A stretch of DNA of 64,000 bases from Octopus bimaculoides (lineage: Eukaryota), in the NCBI RefSeq assembly GCF_001194135.2, contig NC_068988.1:70091085-70155084 (forward strand), in the 5' to 3' direction. Below, piece after piece: positions 1 to 11,135 of this stretch (the stretch's first letter is position 1; every line of letters begins with the position of its first letter). The notes beneath the pieces are model-generated. The model saw only the letters and a list, made by a program, of their open reading frames with translations, was not told where the DNA came from and did not search any database. Both the position numbers and the translations under genes were made by a program.

Positions 1-135
1 TAATTATTTTATCAATCCCGAACGAAAGGAAAGGCAAAAGCAACCTCGGTGGAATTTGAACACAGAATGTAAAGACGTACGAAATGACGCTAAATCATTT
101 CGTCCAGCGAACAAACGATTCTGCCAGCTCGTCAC
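1..135 (-). mobile_element. SINE family B, partial (head and body)
   Basis: Reverse complement matches the head and body of the copy at 462-690 (…GAGCTGGCAGAATCGTT…GTTCAAATTCCACCGAGGTTGC…). Confidence 0.8.
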
Positions 136-221
136 ATTACTGATATCTGCTATTTGCACAATACCTGAAATTTCGAGGGGAGGAGGCTAGTAGATAACAT
201 TGATCCCAGTGTTCGACGGAT

Positions 222-352
222 ATCTATTTCATCGATCCCAAAAAGATGAAAGGCGAAGTCAACCTCAGTGGAATTCGGAACGTAGTGATAGGCGAAATGA
301 CGCTAAGTACTTTGGTATTTTGCGTAGCACGGAAACGATTCTGCCAGCTCAC
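222..352 (-). mobile_element. SINE family B, partial
   Basis: Second diverged copy in tandem with 1-135 (shares AAACGATTCTGCCAGCTC and GAAAGGC…AACCTC.GTGGAATT). Confidence 0.8.
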
Positions 353-461
353 CCCTTAGCACTACTACAACTAATAATAATAATTGTTCCTATTATAGGC
401 TCAAGGTCTGAAATGTTGTGCATTACTCTGTTAGCGATTGCATTATTATAATTATCTTTCA

Positions 462-690
462 GGCGGCGAGTTGGCAGAATCATTAGCACGCCGGGCGAAA
501 TGCTTAGCGGTATTTTGTCTCTCTTTACGTTCTGAGTTCAATTTCCAACGAGATCCTCTTTGCCTTTTATCCTTTCGGGGTCGATAAATTAAGTGCCAGT
601 GAAGTACTGGGGGGCGGGGTCGATGTGATCGACTTACCCCTCCCCGCAAATTTCAGGCCATGTGCCTTTAGTAGACATGATTATTATTTT
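462..690 (+). mobile_element. SINE family B (tRNA-like head), near full length
   Basis: GGCGGCGAGTTGGCAGAATC head, B-box-like GAGTTCAA, body CCTTTCGGGGTCGATAAATTAAGT, and (ATT)n end. Homologous copies at 1, 222, 10922, 25234 and 55466. Confidence 0.8.
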
Positions 691-1059
691 TTATTTCGCA
701 TTGACTGAATAAAAGTATCAGTCTTATTCTGCTAAAGCAGTTCCTGAACTGTGAACTAGTTTATTTTAGATTTGAAATCTCTTTTTAGGTGCTACCAGAA
801 CTATTGAAAGTAAATGAGAAGCTAATTATATAGAATTAAAACTGTACAACATTGACACTTTGATAAATGTCGCGGCAAGCTTAATAGTCTAATTAAAGTA
901 ATTAAATTATGCAGATATTCTCCTGATGGTCAACCTGGCGGGTTCAGCGGCATGTAAATTTCGTATCGTAGATATATACAGACATACTTTCAAATAACTT
1001 GAGACCGAAGTATTTGATCATTTAAGCAATTTTGATTCACATTAGGAATATTTATATAA

Positions 1060-1291
1060 CCAAACAAAGTCAGTCTCTCCTAATATAGACTCATCTCGGT
1101 TATCATGGTCTGTGGCTTGTAATGAATTGGATTTTTCCAAATCTGATGCTTCTGATTCAAGTCGATATGGTACGATTTGTAGAATATCTTCATCGTTGGT
1201 ATAGTCAAAAGATGACTCTTCAAAAAGACAAATGAAGGCCGATATCCATTGAAGAAATGGACAACATGCTCTCATCGCTTGTATTAGCCAT
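1060..1291 (-). pseudogene. Decayed first exon resembling KolX / P2X7 C-terminal ballast (Zn-Cys domain) proteins, possibly a Kolobok transposon remnant
   Basis: CAAAATGGC start preceded by TGACGTCA (1310-1317). MANTSDESMLSISSMDIG… then, after a frameshift, acidic …QIVPYRLESEASD…ILGETDF, resembling the PYxFEP…RLGNTDW motif that precedes the Cys-rich domain. The Cys-rich exon was not found. Confidence 0.4.
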
Positions 1292-1481
1292 TTTGAAACT
1301 GATGCGTTGTGACGTCATGCACCAATTTTTCTATTTAAGTTGTGTTTGTTGGTTGCTTTTGGACAGGTGCGAGAATTGTTAACTTTTAACAACGAATATT
1401 TCGCGTGTATGACTAGAATTTTTTAACTGATCGATTTTATTCATTTCAAAGTACAAAATAACACTAACATATATTATTGTA

Positions 1482-2050
1482 GTGGCGGACACCTCCCAGG
1501 TGAGAAGTGAGCTAATCCAGGCTATGTATAGCAACATCGAATCAATTGTCCGGGTGAACAGTTTCTTCTCAAAACCGTTCGCGATCGAGCGTTCAGTTCG
1601 CCAGGGTTGCCCCGTGTCCCTGCTTCTGTTTGTATTAGCTCTTGAGCCATTGTTGCGGAGGTTGGAGGCCGCTGCGGGCCACCCACGTGATCTATGTTAC
1701 GGTAGAGGAGCGACGGCGTACGCGGATGATGTCTCCATAATCGTGTCTGATGAAGGGCAGCTACCTCGTGTAGAAGACACCATCAAAAGATACGAAGCGG
1801 TGACAGGGGCAAAAGTTAACCGAGATAAATCAGTCGGCTTGCAACTCGGCACCTGGAGAGGCAAGTCGATGCCTCCCAACAGCGTCGTAGGACGTTAGAC
1901 AGAGGGCTCGGTTAAACTGCTCGGAGTCTGGTTTGGACCAGATCTCCAGATGGTGATAAACTGGAGCGAGGTCACAAGCAAGGTGACGGCCATAACCCAG
2001 ACCTGGTCTGAATGGACCTTATCATTGCCAAGGATGGTGGAGGTTCTACA
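1482..2050 (+). mobile_element. Tx1/L1-clade non-LTR retrotransposon RT fragment (5' truncated)
   Basis: SVRQGCPVS, YADD (1719-1730), GAKVNRDKS and KLLGVWFG motifs. One in-frame TAG at 1896 stands where W is expected. Confidence 0.9.
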
Positions 2051-2477
2051 GGTGTTGTTAGCAACAGAGGAGATTATACAGCAAGCATACAACACACAAA
2101 GTACACCCATACAGCATACATCACCACCAGTAACACTCAAAAGAAAGGAAACCGCCTTAGATAATCCAAGTTCACCTCGTAGACAAGCAAGCACAAACAC
2201 AGACAGGCACATCACACAGTCTCGTCAAAGCCCCTCTAAAAACAAAGCTTACATGGTAACATATACTAAAAGCACGGCGATTGAACGAAAAATCATCACG
2301 TTCAAATCAGTGTTTGGAGTTAAATTGCCGGCAGAAGAACACACAGAAAACACAAAAAGCATACTGATATACAAGGAAAGACACGCTAAATTGAGGGAAT
2401 TGTTCGGTTCGAACATTGACCCATTAGGATTGATGGTGGTGTATGATACCCTACCTCCAGTCGTAGAGTATGAATAA
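2051..2477 (+). CDS. Unidentified ORF segment in frame with the Tx1 RT fragment
   Basis: About 140 open codons: an S/T/Q/P-rich part, then KAYMVTYTKS…YDTLPPVVEYE*. AATAAA at 2533-2538. I see no RT similarity. Confidence 0.3.
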
Positions 2478-2599
2478 TTAATACCATATATAAACTTGTA
2501 AAAATATGTATGTAAATTTTAGTATTATAAAAAATAAACATAAAATGTTATAACATCAAAGACAGTTATAAGTAGCCACTCGAGAGTGTGGCTCGGGCG

Positions 2600-2735
2600 G
2601 CCATTTCACCTTCTTTTATTATATAATTCGTTCCCATTCCTTCGTTTACGTTTTGTGTCCCCAATTTGTATTTGTATTGTCTGTCCTTGTTTGTCCCTTC
2701 TGCGTAGGGCCCTGGTGGCCAATAAAGAAATACAG
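2600..2735 (+). mobile_element. LINE 3' end (probable Tx1-type 3' UTR)
   Basis: TTGTCTGTCCTTGTTTGTCCC…GGCCAATAAAGAAATA. The same tail occurs at 35950-36010 and on the SINE at 25234. Confidence 0.6.
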
Positions 2736-4075
2736 TCAGCGAGGTACGCTGTTCGGGCCAGTCCGGCAGAGACGACGAAATACGCCGTCATAATGCGGGA
2801 CATAACAATTATGGGTTCCCAGAGACTTTAAGATAACGAAAGGCAGAGTGCAAAGTACCTTTCCATTTGCTGATTACCCCCCTCCGATATTCTGTTGTAA
2901 AATCTGACACCATGCATCGGGTTTTCTTGTGAAAGATGGAGAAGTTCTAGAATAAAATAAACAAATTCCATACCGATGGGCGAAAACACAACTCAACTGT
3001 CCAGTTATATCTTGAACAGTTTGGCAACAACACAAAGAAAAGGCTCTTTAACATAGACTTTTAAAACAACTTTAAGCAAACATATACGAGCCATTTGAAG
3101 AGCGTCTTACCAATACCAAAACAATAATAAAAACAATAATAATTTTTTTTTACTGACCAGAAGGATAACGATTTATTGAAAGCCATATCAATTCGTTAAT
3201 TAATAAAGTCAATATCTTAACTCTGATTTCAAAACATAGGTGAATTAGATAATTTTAAAACACGAAATTGCTAAATCATTAAATTTACAACTAATTTAAT
3301 AATTTTCCTGTCTTTTTAAGAATTTTTTAATACATAATAGAATAGTTTTTTTTCTGCATATTTTATAGTTCAACATCTAGTCAAAGAAGTCTATAATATA
3401 GATTTCAATTTCTCTTAACTGTAATTCAACTATTGTTACATCAATAATCACCTTGTGAATGGCATAAATGGTATACAGTCAAATTTTGATTTTCTTTCAA
3501 TGTCTGACGTAGAGTATAGGCTAAAATCCATTAACGGCTATAGAGAATTACTGATTCATACAATTGTTATATTCAATGTATCAGACTATTTAGTCAAAAG
3601 ATCTTAATGCTGTTTGCGTTATTCTACCTGATCAACACTCTGTCTAACTGTGTACTCGTCTATATGCCGACGAACTGTCTGAGTGACTAGGATGATTGCT
3701 AGATAAGTTGTTACAAATTCATGGTAAATATTCTGCTTAAAGGCACAGTTACTTCGATTTGCCTCCCATTTCATTGATAGATTATAAGTAGTAGACATTG
3801 GTAGAAAATTTTAATTGCAATAATTTCGATCCAGGTGAGGTTTGGTTTCCTCGCAGTACTATAGAAAATTGTACTAACTTCTGTCTATATGAAGTATTAG
3901 TTTCTAAATCACGTTGACGTTAACTGACATTATTGAAGGTCAGGTGTTTGAAAGAAAATGGTTTAGGAAGACTTAAGGACGAGATCCAAAGAAAGTGTAA
4001 AATCACACGCAGGTTAAGGGTTATTGGCCGCTTAAGAAAAGATAATACAAAGATATTTTGCAATTTGTGTTTCAG

Positions 4076-4151
4076 TTCTTTTTGACCATCACACCAGTGA
4101 TCAAGACTTATCAACGACCACGGTTGATTTCGGGCGCTGTAATTACTAGAG
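4076..4151 (+). CDS. Candidate internal exon (FFLTITPVIKTYQRPRLISGAVITR)
   Basis: Pyrimidine-rich acceptor TTTGTGTTTCAG and donor GAG|GTAATG; only the phase-0 frame is open. No homology recognised. Confidence 0.2.
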
Positions 4152-5188
4152 GTAATGTATGAAACTTTGCTTTAATAGTTGAATGAGGATAATTTCTCAA
4201 TCAGTTACCGATCGATTAACTTTTAGAAAACTATAAAATTTAAGTCTAAAAGTATTTTATCAAAATGCTGAGAATTGAAAAATAAAAGAAAAAGAACTAA
4301 TCAAGAGAATATGTACAGTGTGGAAATGTTTTAATTTCCTGTGACAGCAAGCAAAATTATTGTATGAGAGAGATAAAGAGAGAGAGAAAACAGTATCACT
4401 ATTGTTGCTGCATTACTGAGAATGTACATTTACAAATACACATGTTTGTACGACCAAAAGGTTTTGTGGGTTAATTGCTTCAATCAATTTGACTAAAAAT
4501 ATGTATCATTGCTATTTTACATTTTCAGTGGTAATCAGCAAGACGACAGCTTTGTTTTGTGTATTTTTTTCCATTTCAATCATTTGCTATAGAAATTCTT
4601 AGGTAAATATTACTTACACACACCGTAGCCACCAATGGAGAAAACAAAAAAATCTGATGACATGAACAGAAAATAAATAGAAAATGGATGGTGGTAAATG
4701 AAAATGATAATTATTTATTTCAGAAATTATATACTTAAAGATGATCTATCGTTCCATTTTCAAATATATGATCTATCATCATTATTTACATATCAATAAT
4801 ATATTGGATTGTCAAATGGTGGTTACATGCTATGCCAATCAGTGGAATAGTGTACTGCTCGTAGCTAAGACACTTAAATCTAAAATAGCTCAGATTTTAG
4901 ATAGTAAAGCTTACTCCTGTTTACTATAAATATGATGGAACAGGAAGGAGTCACAACAACTGATATACTCTATATAGTAAATTATACAACGAGAAAATTT
5001 AGTGGTCATTGAAGCTGCTAGAAATAGCAACCAAATTCCCCTCTAATCACATCTTCCTGTAACGTTTTCCATTATATATCTGATAAACCCAGGCTAGATG
5101 TAAAATATAACCCTTATTTTAGACTTCAAAATATTAATTCATCTATCAGTGCTAAAATACACACTATGTATATGGGATACAGATACAT

Positions 5189-5189
<1 letters not shown>

Positions 5190-5280
<91 letters not shown>

Positions 5281-5287
5281 ACAATAT
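5190..5287. repeat. (CA)n(TA)n microsatellite abutting N gap 5288-5673
   Basis: Direct reading. Confidence 0.95.
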
Positions 5288-5673
5288 NNNNNNNNNNNNN
5301 NNNNNNNNNNNNNNNNNNNNNNNNNNNNNNNNNNNNNNNNNNNNNNNNNNNNNNNNNNNNNNNNNNNNNNNNNNNNNNNNNNNNNNNNNNNNNNNNNNNN
5401 NNNNNNNNNNNNNNNNNNNNNNNNNNNNNNNNNNNNNNNNNNNNNNNNNNNNNNNNNNNNNNNNNNNNNNNNNNNNNNNNNNNNNNNNNNNNNNNNNNNN
5501 NNNNNNNNNNNNNNNNNNNNNNNNNNNNNNNNNNNNNNNNNNNNNNNNNNNNNNNNNNNNNNNNNNNNNNNNNNNNNNNNNNNNNNNNNNNNNNNNNNNN
5601 NNNNNNNNNNNNNNNNNNNNNNNNNNNNNNNNNNNNNNNNNNNNNNNNNNNNNNNNNNNNNNNNNNNNNNNNN

Positions 5674-5745
5674 TCTACTATAGCCTCGGGCCGACCGAAG
5701 CCTTTTGAGTGGGTTTGGTAGATGGAAACTGAAAGAGGCCCGTCG

Positions 5746-5802
<57 letters not shown>

Positions 5803-6035
5803 CTGTGTGCGTGTTTTTGTGTATATGTGTGTGCATTTGTGTGCCTGTGTTTTGGCCCCACCATCGCTTTGCAACCGATGTTGGTGTGTTTACGTCCCCG
5901 TAATCTAGTGGTTTGGCATAAGAGACCTATAGAATAAGTACTAGGCTTACAAAGAATAAACCCTGGGATCGATCGATTTGTTCCACTAAAGGCAGTGCAC
6001 CAGCGTGGCCGTAGTCAAATGACTGAAACAAAAGA
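5674..6035 (+). mobile_element. SINE family A (head lost in gap)
   Basis: CTACTATAGCCTCGGGCCGACC…GGAAACTGAAAGA, central (TA)(TG) tract, and tail GTCAAATGACTGAAAC. Homologous to 23556-23981. Confidence 0.9.
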
Positions 6036-7764
6036 ATAAATATATACATAAATACTCACGTATACAACCACACGAACACATGCACACGCATACACACATA
6101 CACACGCATACACATACATACACATACACATACATATATATAAATATATATTTTCACACATACACACTTATGCACTTACATGTAACAGAACAGAACATGA
6201 GAACCAGAAATATAGAAACATAATTCGTTACCAAAAGCTTCCCCATTCGTTTCATCTGGCCCCCTACTATTTTAGCCTATTATGAGTAATCGCATAGTTT
6301 ATTAGACAGTAGACTGAGAAATGAATTGTTTGCAATTGATTTGTAGTGATGATTGAGTATCATAGAGATCAACACGTGTCTTTAAGAAGTAATGACGAAA
6401 TCGGCATGGAAATATACAGTTCGTTGTATATTTAAAAAGAAAGGAATCTAGTGCAATACTGACAGATTTCTGAGGTAGCAGTGAAAGGAGGAAGTCTTAA
6501 ACAAGATTGTTCAGTGAGTCGACTTAGATGCTTAAGCACCTGTAAGTAGATAGAACACCAAACGACGCACCTAAGAGAAAATAATGAACCATTAACATAT
6601 AAATTATTAAAGATAGCTACGTAATGTAATTTCTTTCTATTGCTGAATGACAGGAGAAAACTGACAGGGGAAAAACTGATACATGGAAATATGTAGAATT
6701 ATTTCACAAGGTAGTCAATCTTACTAAAATGAAAACAGACACATTGAAATAGACGCAGGTATGGGCGTTTATGGTTCGATGCCTCTACGCGGTACATAGG
6801 CAACGACTTTCTACTTTAACCTTGGATTGCTGGCGTAAGTCGAACCGACACCAATCAATGAATCTACACTATCACAAAGCATAAGCTGACAGAGTGAGTG
6901 ATCACAGACATCCAATACAGATTAAATAGGCGCCATTCCAACAGCGGACATCATACACAAATATACAAATATGGGCATGTATTTTTTTACTCTATGTTTA
7001 CAAAAGACGATGTAAACACAAGGGAAAATACAAAAAATAAAAAAGTGCACTTCAGTCGACTTTCTTTGCTATATTTGTTCGGTAGTGAGTCAGATACTTT
7101 CTTGTCATTGTCGCCGCCAGAAAATCGTTGAACCAAGTAAATACCTTCAGTAAAATTGAACTGAAGTTCTCCAAAATGACGTCCATTCAGCCATTTTGTT
7201 CCAGTCATATATTATCATCAATATTTAGGAAATCAGATTTAAATCTGAAATTGTTACAAACATCACGACTAACACATGGTTCTATATCAGAGGATATTGA
7301 AGAATGTAGGGACTCTCACACAGCACAAATACTTGGGATAGCAGCTAGCAATTATATAGAATTACTAATAAGTGTCTGTTTTGAGGATTCATTTAATATT
7401 AAAATATTGATGACTTATGGACACAAGCGTAAAGTTATATGTTCTGCGTGATAGAGTGAATTTTGTTGACTGCGTTTCAATTCTGCCAACTATATATTCC
7501 AAATTTAGCAGCATTAAAAGCATCTTTAACCGCAAGGAAATTATAACTTACCAAGATGGCTGTCAAAATTTATTTACATTGCTAGGCTTTTTAATTATCA
7601 TCTCCAAAGATCAATATATTCCCATGTAATACGATACTAAATCACTGTATGGGAAAATTTGAATATTCTCAATCATTTCACTGCAGTGCAATGTTATATA
7701 AGTACTACGCACAAACATACTAAAAAAAGAACAACTAGATTTTAATCTCTTTCTCCTGTTACAG

Positions 7765-7847
7765 TTCCTCCTGAAAGCAATTATCCTATGATAATTCTGC
7801 TTGTCATTGCGTTACTTAGCCCGGTGGTAACGCTTTCACTTGATTAG
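7765..7847 (+). CDS. Candidate exon encoding a hydrophobic TM/GPI/signal-like segment (VPPESNYPMIILLVIALLSPVVTLSLD*)
   Basis: Strong acceptor TTTAATCTCTTTCTCCTGTTACAG, phase-1 open frame, hydrophobic run of about 18 aa. Possible donor GTG|GTAACG. Confidence 0.25.
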
Positions 7848-7854
7848 AGAAAAA

Positions 7855-8260
7855 GACAGAAAGTAAAGGAGAGAGAAAAAGAAGGAAGGGGAAAAAGAGA
7901 GAAGTGTCCATGATGTGAGGTAGAAAGAATGTAATTGTAACGCTTTCAGGTGATTAGTTGAAGGGAAAGAGAGCAGAAAGAAAAAGGAGAGAGATAATGA
8001 GGATAAGGCGAAGAGTGAGAAAGAAAGAGGGAGAGAGAAGCGTCCATGACATGAGGTAGGGGGAACTTAATATTTATTACGTGGTTTAAAAAGTTAGTTG
8101 AAGATAGAGAAGGAAAGTTAAAAATATAATTTTAGCAGAGGGTTGATGTTATGATAGTGAGGTCAAAGAAAGAGAAAGAGAGAGAGAAAGAGAGAAGCGG
8201 GAGGGAGAGGGGAGAAAAAGAGAAAGGAGAGATAATGATGGTGGTGGTGGTGATTGGACA
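7855..8260. repeat. GA-rich purine tract with a short internal duplication (AGAGAAG.GTCCATGA..TGAGGTAG twice)
   Basis: Direct reading. Confidence 0.8.
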
Positions 8261-9047
8261 GTGAAAGTGTATTTTTTTATTGAAGTAAGTTTTATATCAC
8301 CCGTCACTTAACGCATACGCATAAGTTTAATTCTGTGAAATATTCACGCTTATTTACATGGCAGATATATGCAATTTAACTAAAGGTCGTATCATATATA
8401 GGGGACACTTTTTTTTTGTTTATGAGGAAAATGGGAAAATAAGAGTGTATATTTTGTGAGTGATGTGTTTTAAGTCTATAAAATTGTGCTTAAAGTATAT
8501 AAAGTGTATATATAAAGTGCATTAAGTAATCATGGCAAGTATTCTAATTTCTTCCACTTTTCAATGATAGCAGATGAGCGACTTTCTTTCCATACAGACA
8601 CAACACGCAACGCTTTCAGTTTTTTTGGTTAAATCTTCAAAAATAACTAAATGGCTTTACCATTAATTTCGTGAAATATTCACGGATCCAGCTAGTAACA
8701 ATCATTAAAGAAGTAAAAAAAAAAAGCAGCACATGCCACAGAACTTTAAGACCGCTTAGAGTAAGTGTAATAGGGATGACTGGACCACACTTTGATGCTA
8801 TGGCCTATCTCGTAGCTAGGCCGTAGTTTTACATCTAAATTGTCTTCCCACAACTATGATTATACGATTATTAGTGTGAATTACACACCAACAACAACTT
8901 TGCTGTAACACATTGGTATCTTTGTACTGTCTATGAACTGTTATTTAGTCGCATTTACAGGTTCGATATCTTCTCGCTAGATATAGAAGCTGATTGGCAG
9001 AGTCGTTAGGTCACAGGACAAAATGCATTGCAGTATTTGTTCTGGTT

Positions 9048-9376
9048 TTACGCTCTATGTTCAAATCCACCGGAGTCACATTTGCCTTTGAGTTTTCTGG
9101 TCTCGTTAAAATAAAGTATTGATGGCCCGGAATTGTCATTCGGCCAATAGAAACTATGCACTCCAAATTTAGCAATATTAAATACATCTTTAATATGACT
9201 TAATTTGTCATTAACTTTAATATCAACACCATTGGGTGTCTTAAGCAGAGTTCTCTTCCTCGTAATATTTGAATAGTTATCTAGTTTGGAGATAAATCCC
9301 CCCTTTCTTTCCACTAGTTTAGAGAGCTGAAATATTAACGGTTCATGGGGGCAGGCTCTCCCTCTCTGCTTTAGCA
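9048..9376 (-). CDS. Candidate terminal coding exon of an unidentified gene (LKQRGRACPHEP…CDSGGFEHRA*)
   Basis: Long polypyrimidine tract plus CAG acceptor at 9377-9378, about 108 open codons of non-repetitive composition, three N-glycosylation sequons (NYS, NIT, NET), and AATAAA about 770 bp downstream. A 42-nt related fragment lies at 7488-7529. Confidence 0.45.
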
Positions 9377-9499
9377 CTGAAAAAGAAAAACAAACAACAA
9401 GAAAATAAAAAACAAATTCAATAACATCCAAAAAAACGTTTTGAGTTGTATCACTGCGAATATATACATACTTTTTTACTCAATATTTACCATATACGT

Positions 9500-9830
9500 G
9501 TAGGCGTAGCCATTTGATAAGCTTGTTTCCCAACTATATGGTCTTGGATTCAATCCCTTTGCGTGGCACATTGGGCAAGTGTCTTCTACTATAGTCACGG
9601 GTTGACCAAAGCTTTGTGAAGGAGATTAGTTGACGGGAACTGAAGGAAGCTTCTCGTATGTGTGGTGTTTATCTCTCTCTGTGTATATATGTATGTGAGT
9701 TATTTTCGTTTGTTTCCCTACCGTTTAACAACCAGTGTTGGTTTGCTTACGCCCCTGTAGCTTGAAAGTTCGGTAAAAAGAGACCAGTAGCGTTTAAACT
9801 GAAGACCAGAAAATGAAACAAGTGAAAAGA
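9500..9830 (+). mobile_element. SINE family A, diverged
   Basis: Head with GGATTCAATCCC (B-box-like), GCGTGGCACATTGGGCAAGTGTCTTCTACTATAG core, and central TG tract. Confidence 0.85.
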
Positions 9831-10184
9831 TAAAGGATGCCAACTTGGTTGATTAATTATTGATATCTCATATAACAAAACCAGAAATTTTAGAGGAAGA
9901 GACGTCAGATTACATTGACAGGGTATTTGTTTGGTGTTTGTTTTCACTACAGGAGGCGGAAGGGCAAAATACAATTTCAGCGAAATTCCATCTCAGAGCG
10001 GAAAGGACTGTAACTAATAATGTAATGCGTTGTTCGCCCCTTTAACGATTCTGCAAAATCGATTTTATTCCCCGGGCAAAACTTGTTCTTAATGCTCCTC
10101 TTTGAGATTAAAGAAGAAGCATTTAATGCTCCTGTCAGCAGAACATTTCTTAGGACTAATATAGGGATATTCTTTATGTTTTAC

Positions 10185-10485
10185 TTGTTTCAGCCATTAG
10201 ACAACGGACATGCTTGGGTGCAGCCTTGAAGAATTTTAGTCGATTGAATTGACCCCAGTACTTATATTTTTAAGCCTGGGACTTATACTATCGATCTCTT
10301 TTACTGAACTGGTAAGTTGCGGGGACATAAATACACCAACACCGGTTGTGAAGCTGGGGTGCGGAACAAATACACACAGACAGACAGACACACACACACA
10401 CACACACACATACATACACACACACACACACATACATACACACACGCGATACGATGGGTTTCTTTTAGTTTCCGTCTACGAAATT
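10185..10485 (-). mobile_element. SINE family A, tail and body
   Basis: Matches 23556-23850 and carries the central (CA)n tract. Confidence 0.85.
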
Positions 10486-10504
10486 CACTCTCTCTTCACC
10501 TCTC

Positions 10505-10555
10505 TCTCTCTATGTATGTATGTATGTATGGATGGATGCATGTATGCATGTATGC

Positions 10556-10623
<68 letters not shown>

Positions 10624-10635
10624 ATACATATATAC
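10505..10635. repeat. (TATG)n / (CA)n microsatellites
   Basis: Direct reading. Confidence 0.95.
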
Positions 10636-10921
10636 GGGTCGTCAGTGGATTATAAATCCGAAAATAAAGTACAATCTTAAAGTTAGCGCAGTAATGTATT
10701 AACAAAATTAATAATATGGCCTATTATAGATCGACCAATGATCTCACATCCATAAAGTGATTAGCTTTATAGACAACTCGTCAGACTCCAATGGCCGTAG
10801 ACATACATATATATAAAGAGAGTGGCTGTGTGAGTGAAACGGGCGATAAATAGAAGGAGGAAGACGCAGAAGAATCGATCCCACTACTAGAATGGTATGT
10901 AATTTATCGCTTTGAAAAAAG

Positions 10922-11135
10922 CTGGCCAGCCGGCAGAATCGTTAACACACCGGGCTTAGCGGCATTTAATCTGTCTTTATATTCTATGTTCAACTTCCGC
11001 CGAGATCGACTTTGCCTCTTACCCTTTCGGGGTCGATAAAATAAGTATCACTTGATTACTGGGGTCGATGTAATCGACTAGCCCTCGTCTCTCAAAGTTG
11101 GTGGCTTTGTGCCAAAATTTGAAAGAAGTGTATTG
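10922..11135 (+). mobile_element. SINE family B with alternative tail
   Basis: Body matches 462-630; tail reads AAAGTTGGTGGCTTTGTGCCAAAATTTGAAA. Confidence 0.85.

Noticed and set aside
4618-4653. 36-nt minus-strand micro-exon with a GTAAGT donor (similar donor at about 17016)
   Set aside because: GTGGCT..GTGTG.GTAAGTA resembles the SINE-A head, which carries this donor-like word. The 17016 case is clearly SINE.
5139-5937. Long ORFs of HT/YI/CV repeats and X runs (also near 10.2-10.7, 13.0-13.4, 43.5-43.8, 45.5-46.0, 48.0-48.6, 54, 57.3-57.6 and 61.3-61.6 kb)
   Set aside because: Translations of microsatellites and N gaps, not genes.
9950-10045. Plus-strand exon EAEGQNTISAKF… that would complete a signal peptide with 7788-7826
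   Set aside because: It would require the better-supported minus-strand exon 9048-9376 to sit in its intron. The donor is weak and the peptide has no recognisable features.
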